Origin: Paraspadella gotoi
Taxonomy: Eukaryota > Animalia > Chaetognatha
Direction of reading: 5' to 3'
NCBI GenBank assembly: GCA_051294375.1
Contig: CM119269.1
Location: 1,814,537 to 1,878,536 of the forward strand
Length of the DNA stretch: 64,000 bases
A model generated the notes under the pieces. That model saw nothing but the letters and a program-made list of their open reading frames with translations. It made no database searches and was not told where the DNA came from. The translations under genes were made by a program, and so were the position numbers. Below are positions 1-11,315 of this stretch, piece by piece; position 1 is the stretch's first letter, and every line of letters begins with the position of its first letter.

Positions 1-1529
1 AAAGAAGAAGGAATTCGAGCTCAGGTAGAATTTTTAATCTTAATATTTCGCCAAAAAAAANNNNNNNNNNNNNNNNNNNNNNNNNNNNNNNNNNNNNNNN
101 NNNNNNNNNNNNNNNNNNNNNNNNNNNNNNNNNNNNNNNNNNNNNNNNNNNNNNNNNNNNNNNNNNNNNNNNNNNNNNNNNNNNNNNNNNNNNNNNNNNN
201 NNNNNNNNNNNNNNNNNNNNNNNNNNNNNNNNNNNNNNNNNNNNNNNNNNNNNNNNNNNNNNNNNNNNNNNNNNNNNNNNNNNNNNNNNNNNNNNNNNNN
301 NNGAGAGAGGAGAGAGAGACGGAGAGAGAGAAGGAGAGAGAGAGGAGAGAGAGAGCGTAAGAGAGAGGAGAGGATGAGAGAGAGAGAGTGGAAACAAAGA
401 TAAATACACCTACCAATGGCATCTTTTAATCTTCAGCTTTCTTTGAAGTGTCGGAAAATGGAACTGATGTCAAAGATAATGCGGGCCGAATGGAGAGAGA
501 GAGCGAGAGAGAGAGAAAGAGAGAGAGAGAGAACGAGAGAAAGAGAAAAAGAGAGAGAGAGAGACACTGAAAGAGGAAGAATTTATTGGTCCAGAATTGA
601 AAATTCTTTTAAGGGTTTTTCTGATCATAATTTTATTCTAATGCTGTATAAATCAACATAAAAAAGTTTAAAAACCTTTGAACCCGAAAGAAAGAGTGAT
701 ACATAGAAAGAAAGAATGGAGAATGGCGTTGGCGTTGGCGTTGGCGTTGACGCTTTTGGAAAAGTTATGTCGAGGTGTGAAAGAGATTCGACTGAAATTG
801 AAAAAGATTTAATTAAACCGAAATGAGTTTCGCCTTCTCTCGGATTCACTCAAAATTTAGGCTCAGCTGGTATGAACATTTTCAGTTCCTGTCAATGACT
901 TTCGCAAATTCAATTAACGGAATAAATTCCGCCCTCGATGCGAAAAAGTGATCGATTGATGACAATTTAAAGGCCATGTCAGTAACTGTCAGTTTTCGCC
1001 CTTCATTTTTTTTAATAACCAGGGTTGCATTGCTAGTTATTATAAATATAAAATGATTTTAAAACTTTCTACGCAAGCCCCCCCCCAAAAAAAATAAAAT
1101 ATTTGTCAAATTTTGAAAGGAGATAAATCATAAATTCATAAATTCTAAACATTTTTTCAGTCGGTTCTTCTTTTAATTCATTTTATTTTGTTTGTTCTTA
1201 AACTTTCTTCGTTTTCTTTATCTTTCGTTTATGTCTCTGAAGCTCATTAATTATTCTCTCCTTTTAGTGTCATAACCAGGACAGAAGAGAATAAATAGGG
1301 TTTAGAAATTTTAATGTTTTCTTTATTTAACGATTTTTTATGCGAGCGAAGATTCTTTGTTCGAATGTCAACAAAAGTTTGCGACTAAGTTTTTTTCCCG
1401 AATTTCCCAAGTAATATTATGTTTTTTTTTCCATACTAGTAATGGAATGGAATATTCTCTCTCTCTCTCTCTCCTTTTCTATGATGGCAATGAAGTCAAT
1501 TTTTAAATGAAAATTAAATTAATAATTGT

Positions 1530-1612
<83 letters not shown>

Positions 1613-1863
1613 ATTATAATTATTATTATTATTATAATTATTATTATTATTATTATTATTATTATTTGTGATTCAATATTTTTAAATATTTATTTATCAG
1701 AGGTTAATTGTTAATTGTTAATTGTTCTAATGGTAATTGACTATAACCAATTGTAAAATTTTTTTTTGAAAACCGAAGAAGCGAGGCAATAACCGAGAGA
1801 AAGAGGACGAGTAAATAATTCAGGAAAGTGAGGGTCGACATATTGCGAAGAAACCGGGCTTAC

Positions 1864-2077
1864 AAGTTTCTTGTCAGCCGCCCGCTCCGCCTCGCGCCGC
1901 CGCTGCGCCGCACCGCCGCTGCCGTGTTCACCGTTTGTCGCCGTCACTTCTCATCGGACGAGATGACGTTAATCCAGAAACGATGACCCGACTCGACTTT
2001 GATGTGCCGCCATTTTCGCCACCGCCCGCGACGATGATTGGTCGAAAAATTCGCTAAAATCCTCCGCCGATTGGTTG
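1864..2077 (-). other. Possible promoter and first exon of an unidentified minus-strand gene
   Basis: GC-rich patch with two ATTGG/CCAAT boxes (~2038, ~2070). AAAATGGCGGC start context at 2013, also a YY1-like CGCCATTTT. Strong donor CTT|GTAAGC at 1864/1863. The frame from the ATG has two stops before reaching ...AQRRREAERAADKKL, so this is not a clean CDS. Confidence 0.25.
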
Positions 2078-2209
2078 AAAAAATTCTCTCTTTTGCGTCT
2101 TCCTTCCGTTTTTACTTCGACTTGCGGTCCCCCCCTTTTTTTTTTCTAATTCCATTTTAATCCATTTTGCAGCCAAGGATTTCTTCTCTCTCTCTCTCCT
2201 CTCTCTCTC

Positions 2210-2296
<87 letters not shown>

Positions 2297-3702
2297 CGGT
2301 ATCTCCCACTGCCTAACGGAGATATATAATCACGAAAGTCAGGGGAAAAGTTTGGAGTGAACGGGGAAATTGAAGGCGCGACGGTCGAAGAGTGAAGAGT
2401 ATGAAGTGACTAGAGAGGTGTGGGTTAAGGCGGAGTGAAGAAGAGTTGTGAAAGCTCGTTTGTGATTGAGACGGAAATCTTCGCGGTCGGAACAACTAAA
2501 AGCGTGGGCGTCGCTGATTGGTGGGATGGCGGAATGCTTTGAGCTTTGGTTGACGCCAAACTAATTCTAAAAAAAAAAAAAGGTTTTTAAATGGCGTTAG
2601 GGAAATTGAGTAAATTTCGACGACAAAATTATATAGTACTATAATAAAGATCGGCGAGGTGAGCGATTCCAGAAAGTAATTCAAAAGTAGAAATGTCTAA
2701 TCTAATCTTACTAAAACTTTTTAATAATAAGAGGATACTGGGATGACTCGAAAGGAATAAAAAAAAATAAAGAAGAATAAAATAGAAAAAAGAAAGAGAA
2801 GAAAAATAAAAACAATAGGATAGATTTAGACTCAAAAGAGAAGCGGGAGAAAGATTTATAAAGATAATACAGACAATATATAACTAATAAAATAAGCATT
2901 AGGAAAAGAAAGAAAGAAAAGAAGTCCATCCTTGGGCGAAGAGACAAAGAAAGGCCTGATGATCGTAGAGATTCCACGCGGAAAGAAAAAAAGAGAAAGA
3001 GATCGAAGGGGAGGAGAGGCGGCGCCCGGCGCCCGGCGTCGACCCCCAAGCGATGGAAAGGCTCCGCCCACCTCTTCTTCGGAGGTGTTGAAGGAGGCGG
3101 TCCGGGGATCACGAGAGGTCGAATACCCGATCCCCGGGGAACATGAGGAATTTCCGGTGCCTCGTCTGGCTCCATTCGAGGACCGGACCCCGTGGCTGGC
3201 TAATCTGTCTTTCTTTTCTCCTCATTCTTTCTTCTCTTTTTATTCTTACTTTTCCTTTTTTTTCCTATTTTTTCTTTACATATTTTGGTCTTTCTTTCTT
3301 TCGTTTTCTTTCTTTTTCCCCCCTTTTTTTCTAATATTTATTTTTCTTTATTTCTTTTATTTCATTTTTTCGTTTTGTCTTTGTGTCTAACCTTATTTCC
3401 CTCCTTTTTTTTACCTTCTCATTTTTTTCTTATTTCCAACACTCTCTCTCTCCCCCCTCTCTCCCTCTCTCTCCCCCTACCGTTCCCTATTTAATCAGCT
3501 CCGGGTCTCACTCACGCGTCACATCTTTTCCGTCGCGCTCTTCAAATGGTCGTCATTCATCTCTCCTTGTCATGATTCGACGAACTCTTTCTTCTTCATT
3601 AAATCCATCCCTTCGTCCCTCAGTATTTTCGTCTCTCTGCTCCTTCTTTTGTTCCAATGTATATTGTAGTTTTATTGACATCTTCTTTGTTTATTTCTCA
3701 CA

Positions 3703-4946
3703 CACGGTAGGGCAGAGAGGATGTGAAAGATACAAAAAAAGTGCCATCTCTGAAACCTATAAAATCTTAAAGTATACCCATGAGACACTTAATGTGGTAG
3801 GTCAATAAAATTCGATAAAGGCAGGTTTTTTTTTAAATGCTCATTAAAGTTTTTAAAAATTTTTTATAAAATTTTTTAAATAGTTTAGTGAAAATGCTTA
3901 CAATTTTAATGTCTATACATCTATCATTATCTACAGAGCATAAGCTTTAATTTGAGACCTCTCCCAACTTTTTACAATTTTTTGTTATTGAATTATAAGT
4001 AAAAATCATAATTTTAAAAAAAAAATTAATAATCAATCAGTTCTTTCAAACGAATTATTTCTTAAAAATAAAAGTACAAATAGGCTCTCAAAATGCAGTT
4101 CTACTTATTAAGCCCTAAAAACAAATTTTTTAAAAAATTTATATAAATTTATTATAAAAAATAAATAATACAGATAATTAATTTTATTTTTTTAAGAAAA
4201 ATATATGATATTTAATTAAAACCTAATCTCAAATAAAATAACAGATAAATATTAGTTGAGCACTTTAATTCAAAATCATATCCAGTATTAAAAAGTAATT
4301 ATATAATTTATTACTTATCAAAAAAAATTTTATTCATAAAATTATATTATAATAATAACTCACTCAATATTTGATATATATTATTAATAGATAAATGTAT
4401 AAAAATATTAACAAACATAATGCTTTAACTTTTAATACTTAATTAGAGTATATATTAATATTTTTCAAAATATTTTTTTCATTTTTAAAATTTTTTATAT
4501 TAAAATTATTATTAATTAAAAAAAACTTATTTTGAAGCCTAATAAGTAGAACTGTATTTTAAGAACATATTTGTATTTTTATTTTTAAGAAATAATCTGT
4601 TCAATAGTACTAATTGATTAATCTTTTTAAAAAAAAAATATTTAATTTTTACTTATTTTTCAATAGCAAAAGTAATAGAAAGTTGGGAGTGGTTTCAAAT
4701 TAAAGCTTATGCTTTGTAGATAATGATAGACATATAGACATTTAAATTGTAAGCATATTCACTAAACTACTTAAAAATTTTTATAAAAAAATTTAAAAAA
4801 CTTTAATGAGCATTTAAAAAAAACCTGCCTTTATCGAATTTTACTGACCTACCACATTAAGTGTCTCATGGGTATACTTTAAAAATTTATAGGTTTCAAA
4901 GATGGCACTTTTTTTGTTTCTTTCACATCCTCTCTGCCCTACCGTG
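3703..4946. mobile_element. Non-autonomous foldback DNA transposon (Chapaev/CMC-like) with very long TIRs
   Basis: Termini are CACGGTAGGGCAGAGAGGATGTGAAAGA... and ...TCTTTCACATCCTCTCTGCCCTACCGTG. Inverted arms can be traced for ~400 bp (3703-~4115 vs ~4535-4946). A 4-bp direct repeat CACA lies at 3699-3702 and 4947-4950. The interior is AT-rich and non-coding. Confidence 0.85.
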
Positions 4947-5059
4947 CACATCTATTCGGCCATCCGTCAATCCAATCAATCAATCGATCTATAAATCAAA
5001 TCAATCAATCAATCCTTTAATATATGCAGCCATGTCTTATTAAATCCATCAAAAGATCC

Positions 5060-5091
<32 letters not shown>

Positions 5092-5331
5092 CATCCATCC
5101 ATTCATCTATCCATCCATCCATACATCCATCCATCCATTCATCAATCCCTCCCTCCATCCATCCATCCATCTATCCATCTATCCATACATCCATCCATTC
5201 ATTCATCCATCTATCCATCCATCCATCCAATCCATTGTTTCACCTTTCATCTTTGTCTTCCGGTGGATCGTTTTATTGGAAAAACTCAAACATCGAGTGA
5301 AAAAAAAAAGAAGTGAAAAAGGAGAGATGGG

Positions 5332-5383
<52 letters not shown>

Positions 5384-5646
5384 GCTTTTCTGTCGCCCTT
5401 TGTGGTCTCCTGATTCAACTTTCGCGCTCCTCCTCTCTCTCTCTCTTTGCAATAATTTGTAGTGACTTAAAGTCGGTCAGTCCTCTTTTTCATTTTAATA
5501 TTTGTTTTTAAAACTTTTGCAAATCTATCTCGCTATCTGTCTCCTAATGAATAAAATGTTTTTAATTAATTTTACGTGAAAATTTTTGCTGTTATCATCG
5601 TTCGCAATGTTTTGATACATTTTGAAACACAATATTTTCACCGCCA

Positions 5647-5808
5647 AGAATAAAGAAAAGCCGACGTCTTTCCTCTTCTCACTTCTCTACTTCTCTTTTT
5701 AGAATAAAGAAAAGCCGACGTCTTTCCTCTTCTCACTTTTCTACTTCTCTTTTTAGAATAAAGAAAAGCCGACGTCTTTCCTCTTCTCACTTCTCTACTT
5801 CTCTTTTT
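5647..5808. repeat. 54-bp tandem repeat, 3 copies
   Basis: AGAATAAAGAAAAGCCGACGTC... starts at 5647, 5701 and 5755. Confidence 0.95.
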
Positions 5809-6190
5809 TCGGTCTCCCGGTGATCTTCGCCATAAATATCTTTTCAATTTCCTTTCTTCGCTAAACTACTTTTCTTTCAGACTTCTCCCCTCGTTTCCCT
5901 TTCGTCTCTTCTCTCTTCTCTAATCGACTTTCCTCCATATTTTTTAACAGTATTTTTAATTACCTTTCTCGTTATCGTTCACCTTCTTTGACTTATATCT
6001 TAATCTTATCTTTTTCTCATTAATTTTATTTTCTACTCGAATCTCTTTAACTGCTAGAATCACTTTTACCGCTAAAATCACTTTTACCACTAGAATCACT
6101 TTCACCGCTCTCACAATCCACTTTTTACTTATCTTACTATTGTCAGTTTTTTAACTCTTCCTGACTTCAGGTCCATTTCTTTCTCCCTAT

Positions 6191-6560
6191 CCTCTCACTC
6201 AGATACTCAGTCCTTCTCTCTCCCTCTCACTCAGATACTCAGTCCCTCTCTCTCCCTCTCACTCAGAATACTCAGTCCGCCTCTCTCTCCCTCTCACTCA
6301 GATACTCAGTCCCTCTCTCTCCCTCTCACTCAGATACTCAGTCCCTCTCTCTCCCTCTCACTCAGATACTCAGTCCCTCTCTCTCCCTCTCACTCAGATA
6401 CTCAGTCCCTCTCTCTCCCTCTCACTCAGATACTCAGTCCCCGTCTCTCCTCACCTCTCACTCAGATACTCCAGTCCCTCTCTCTCCCTCTCACTTCAGA
6501 TACTCAGTCGCCTCTGCTCTCCTCGTCACTTCAGATACTCAGTTCCTCTCTCCTCCCCTC
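6191..6560. repeat. 32-bp minisatellite, ~11-12 copies
   Basis: Unit GATACTCAGTCCCTCTCTCTCCCTCTCACTCA at 6301, 6333, 6365 and onward; degenerate at both ends. Confidence 0.93.
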
Positions 6561-7562
6561 ACTCTCGCTGGGCGTGTTTGTCTCCGCCGTCGTCAGAGAG
6601 ATTTTCCTTTCGTGAAAAGGAAAAAAAACCCAAAAATCAGTGAACCAAGTTTTTCCTCCTTTAAAAACTTCGCGTCAGCATTTTTTGAGTTGAGTCGCAA
6701 AAGTAAAGGAGGATCTGCTATCTTTTTTAAAAAAAATGTCTTTTTTATTTCTAATCGGCCTTTTTTTTTAAATTGAAATTAAGAGAAGCAAATAAAAGTC
6801 AGATGCGAATATATGCTATGTTATTATCTTGTAAGCCTTAAACCACCAAAGCCTGTCCAAAGTGAGGGACAAGATAGCTTATTTATTAAATGAATGGATA
6901 ATTTTTATATTGGTTGTAAGTTGTAACAATTTCATATATGTACATATTTTTTTTTAAAAAATGGTAAACTATGTTATTATTCATGACTTATTAACGAATC
7001 ATGGTAATAAGATTTTTCACGGCAAGGTTTTTTTTTTCTTAAGAATTTTTTTTTCTGAAATAAAAGAGACAATTTGACAGTTAAGACGAGATATATATAT
7101 ATTTTCCGAATCTGACAATCGCTTTGTTCAAGTGAAGCGCAAAACCATTCGGTGGAACGACAACTTGGTATATTAAGTCAGTCGGTCAGTCGATCAACCA
7201 ACAAATAAAAATCCATCGATCCTAAAAGTCAACCGTTTCAAAAACTGACTTAGATTTAAAGACTCTCGGTCTCAGCGACAGACGCCCCATATTTCATCGC
7301 AGCGTCAAAAAATCTGTTCCTGAGAGGAGAGAGAGAAAAAAAAAACCGGGAGTTTATTTTGGGGGAGACTTTATTCCCTTTATAAAGTAAACACCGAGAG
7401 GCAGTTGGACTCGGTTGGCGACCGAAAAGGAAAAAAAAACCACTTTTCTTCGCTCGGGTTTTGTGTGTGTGTTTGCGGTTGCGAATTGTGTGTGGTTGCG
7501 CGGAATGTTTGCTAAGTGCGCAGCTTCGTTTTCGTTTTTTTGGTGGGAAAACTAGAGAATTT

Positions 7563-7680
7563 TTTTAGTTGCGACGCGGGTACTCGTGGAGCAACTCTAT
7601 TAATAACTTTTCGGTCGGTCGGTCAGTCGGTCTGTCTGTCCGTCGGTCTGTCCCCTTACTTAAAAATGTTCATAATTTGA
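7563..7680 (+). mobile_element. Helentron-associated (HINE/DINE-1-like) element end
   Basis: TTTTAGTTGCG...GCAACTCTAT short inverted repeat followed by a (GGTC/GTCT)n microsatellite. A homologous end lies in opposite orientation at 8720-8838. Confidence 0.55.
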
Positions 7681-8719
7681 ATATAGTCCGTTGTTTGGTG
7701 CTTATTTGTTAAGAAGGGAAAATCCTCAAATTTAAGTGACTACTTGCGCCGCCTTTAGGAAATCCTAAAACTATAAAAAACAAAAGACAGAATTTCGATG
7801 CATTTCATGTCATGTCACGAAAAACATACGTGATAAGGCAGTCATAGCGGCGCAAAACATTTGAATTAACGTTTTTGCTTTTTTTTTTCGGCCAAGATAA
7901 TTTTTTTTTTTAAATTATCTTCTTTTTTCCTTTTCTTTTTTTATCCCTTCACTTTCCTGCTTTCTCATTTCTCTTGTTTTTCCACTCTTTCTCTCAATTT
8001 GCTAACTGTTTTTTTTATTCCCATCTCGACTCGCCATTTTTTTTTCTTTGATGCACCCGCTCTCAATTTCCCCCTATTTTTTTTGTTTCCACTCTCTAGT
8101 ATAGTATCAATCTTTTCCGCGACGGAGAACAAAATAAAAAGAAAAGAAAAGAAAAAAGAGAAAGAAACGCAAATGTTTTCTGGTTTTTCCACAGGAGAAG
8201 AAGAAAAGGGGAGAAGGGAGGAAAGGGGAGAAGGGAGGAAAGGGGAGAAGGGAGGAAAACAGCTAAGGGAAGGCTGAGGAAAGGTTAAGCGACGGAGGCG
8301 CGGGTTTCCTTTTTTTTACTGGCTCCTTTCATTTCCTTTCTTCCTTTTCTTTCCTCCTTTTCTTCAATTTGATTTCCTTTCCCTTTAACCTTTAAATTTC
8401 CTCGTCGACTCTGTTTGCATTTTCGGACTGCAAAACATAGAAGAAATCACTGAGCTAAAAAGCGAATAAAAAAAAAAAAAAAAAAAAACACGAAGGGAGA
8501 TTCCAATATGTGTTCCGCTGCAGTGACTTTGTCTCGTGTATTGACGTGTTTTTCTTCGAACGCGAGCACTGCATCGGAATACATCTTTTATTCTTTCATA
8601 CGCAATTCTTTAAAGAACCAAGAAGGTTGGCTGCTGCTGGCAGCTGCTTAGCATTTGAGGTTCTTTTTGTATTAGAAAAAATAACAAAATAGCTGTCAAA
8701 TATTAGCGGCATTGAAAGT

Positions 8720-8838
8720 TATGACTTATGAGGATATTTAATGTAAGTCGGAAAGACCGACGGGCAGACATACAGACCGACCGACCGACCGATCGGCCGA
8801 AAAAGGACTTATAGAGTTACTCTCGGCGCAACTAAAAA
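8720..8838 (-). mobile_element. Helentron-associated (HINE/DINE-1-like) element end, inverted relative to 7563-7680
   Basis: The reverse complement reads TTTTAGTTGCGCCGAGAGTAACTCTATAAG...CGGTCGGTCGGTCTG...CTTAC, matching 7563-7680. Confidence 0.55.
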
Positions 8839-9297
8839 CCTGCATAAAGAATACGTTTTCAGCATGAGCTAATTAGCTATGGATTGATTATCACTGAAAA
8901 TAGAAAGATGAAAGTATTATTTTAATTGTATTTAAAACTATATTAAATTCAATTTATTCTTTTTCATTTTTTAGGCGTTTCCTTCGTCCTATACGTTTAA
9001 AGCAACAAAAACTAAAGGTAATTGATCTACATGTTTTTTTTGTTTTTTTTTTGTTAACACGGTAAACAAATAAAGACAACAAAATCCACTAACATCAAAA
9101 CATGCAACACTACTAAAATGTTAAAAACTACTTTTTTTATAGAGAAGTGAGAATAATAAATATAATATACAGGGTAAGGTACCTGGTTACAACAGATATA
9201 CAAACAAAAAGAAAACTAAAAATAGCCACATTGCACAAGCTTTGAAAGAGAAAGAAAGAAAGAAAGAAAGAAAAAAAGAAATGAAAGAAAGAAAGAA

Positions 9298-9329
<32 letters not shown>

Positions 9330-10137
9330 AAAATGTAAAAAGCAACGTAAAGAAAAACACAAACGGTATTAAAAAAAAGTAACAGAATTGGACTCAAAAG
9401 GAAAAGAAAACAGAAGAAAAAGTTAAGGAAAATAAAAGTTTTGTTTTCGGTAATAAAACTTGTTTATTCCCAGGCGTCGCCATTGTCGTCCACGTGTGCC
9501 TCGGTCAGTTTTGTTTGAGAAAAGGTGAAGGGAGAGAAAGTCTTGAATAGTGAGGCCTCACAAGGTCTGACGTGGTCTCACGGGGTCCCTCGTGAAAGAA
9601 AAAATAGTTTCACGATGGGGGATGTGAGGCTTGGCGGACGTGATGTTTGAGAGGAGGGGACATAGGGAATAAAGATGGATAGATATTAGAGAGAATAGAA
9701 ATCATGAAAATATGTTTAAATACCATTTCGTAAAATCAGTAAATAAAAGACAATAAAATAAACCTAAAAGACAAAAATAGCAAAAAAGCTATGGCAATGG
9801 TAATTTATGCAAACACTCGTGTGCAAAAAAAAACAAGAAAAAAAAAAGCCACTTTATAACTTTAAATTCCAGATGATTCATAAAAACATTTAGAAAAATC
9901 ATATAAAAATATATTTAAAAAAAAGAAATCAATATATATATAAATTTTATCACAGTGGTTTAAGAGATTTTTAAACTTTAGAATCATTTACTTATATCAT
10001 TTAGCTTATTTTCTAATAAACTTGAATTTATTACTTATATTTAGAGACCTATCCCCTAAACAAATATGCCGATTTGTATAAAATTTATGGGAAACTCTAT
10101 CTTTTAATAATCTTTTTTTATTTTTAGATATTTACTA

Positions 10138-10713
10138 AACAAGTTTAAGCAAACAATGACGGATCTGCCCATGATCATTAGCAGTAAGCAGATGACCAGA
10201 TAATTAAGTAATTAATTAATTAATTATTCTTTTATTTTTTTCTTTTTATTAATATATTTATGTATGTAAATGCTCACGATTATTAGTGGTATGCAGACCA
10301 TAAGATAATTAATTAATTTTATAAATAATTAATAAATTAATTAATTTATGCAACTTGGTATTTACACTAATAATAAAAGGAAAAAAGCATAATAAAATGG
10401 TAAAACAGGTTTTTTTATTTTTCCCATTTTTCTACTCAGATGATTCCATCGAAACATGATTTCCAGCTCAATGACACACCTTTTAACCCACACACAATAT
10501 TTCGTTCGTCCAATACACTCATGAGTAATTGGCGATAAAAGCTAAGGTGAGATGGACAGACAGACGGACAGACGGACGGACATCGGTTTTTTTTCATAAA
10601 TTATGATAATTCGATGTTCTGACATGATTTAAGATTTTGAGGTAGGACCGACGGACCGACCGACCGACAAAGTAAATTATAGAGCCGGGATCTGCTGTCA
10701 GCAGATCGGGCTA
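10138..10713 (-). mobile_element. Helentron-associated (HINE/DINE-1-like) non-autonomous element
   Basis: Subterminal inverted motif CGGATCTGC (~10160) / GCAGATCGG (~10701). Terminal hairpin GATCTGCTG-T-CAGCAGATC and (GGAC/AGAC)n microsatellite; inserted in an A/T run. Homologous copy at 54790-55597 and a terminus at 14659-14688. Confidence 0.7.
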
Positions 10714-11315
10714 AAAAAAAAAAAAAGTACATAATTCGTTTTTAAATGGTGCATTTTTTTTTTTGCACATGACTGTAGAGTGTAGATAACATAGCAGAAC
10801 CTGCGACAAATCTATCCATTTCAATCCAATTCTATCATATTCTATCCAAACTCTTAATCCATCACAAAATATAATCTAAAAGAGAGAAAAGGGTTAGTTA
10901 ATATATAAAAATTAAGTAAAATTGTAGAAAAGAAGTCAAATATTAATCAAAATGAAAATCAAAAGTATTTCATAAATTATGTAGTACAAGTGATATATTT
11001 TACAGTTCAGTTCACACATACAAAATTTATACTGTTATAACACACAAGTATATGCCAATGCCTACAAAATAAACTACCATCAAAATGTTTGTAATATCAA
11101 TTATTTTGAACAATAATTTTCTATTTTCAAGTATAGGAAAAAAAGGTTTTTGAAATTTGAACGAGTTTATTGACAAATTAATAGTTTCAAGTAATAACAT
11201 GATGAATGACTTTTAGTAAAATTGGGAATTGCATTCTTTTAGTTATAGAACATAGTGGTTAATAAAAAGCAGTTCGTTTTTTCTAGTTTTACTATAGCTC
11301 TTGGGTCTTTAACTA

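Noticed and set aside
1533-1665. Poly-Ile, poly-Leu, SLSL and RERE ORFs here and throughout
   Set aside because: Translations of (TTA)n, (CT)n, (GA)n, (CTTT)n microsatellites or N gaps.
2711-3390. Overlapping ~150-aa ORFs on both strands
   Set aside because: The GC-rich core might be an exon, but there is no recognisable domain or consistent splice pair, and the ORF ends are low-complexity.
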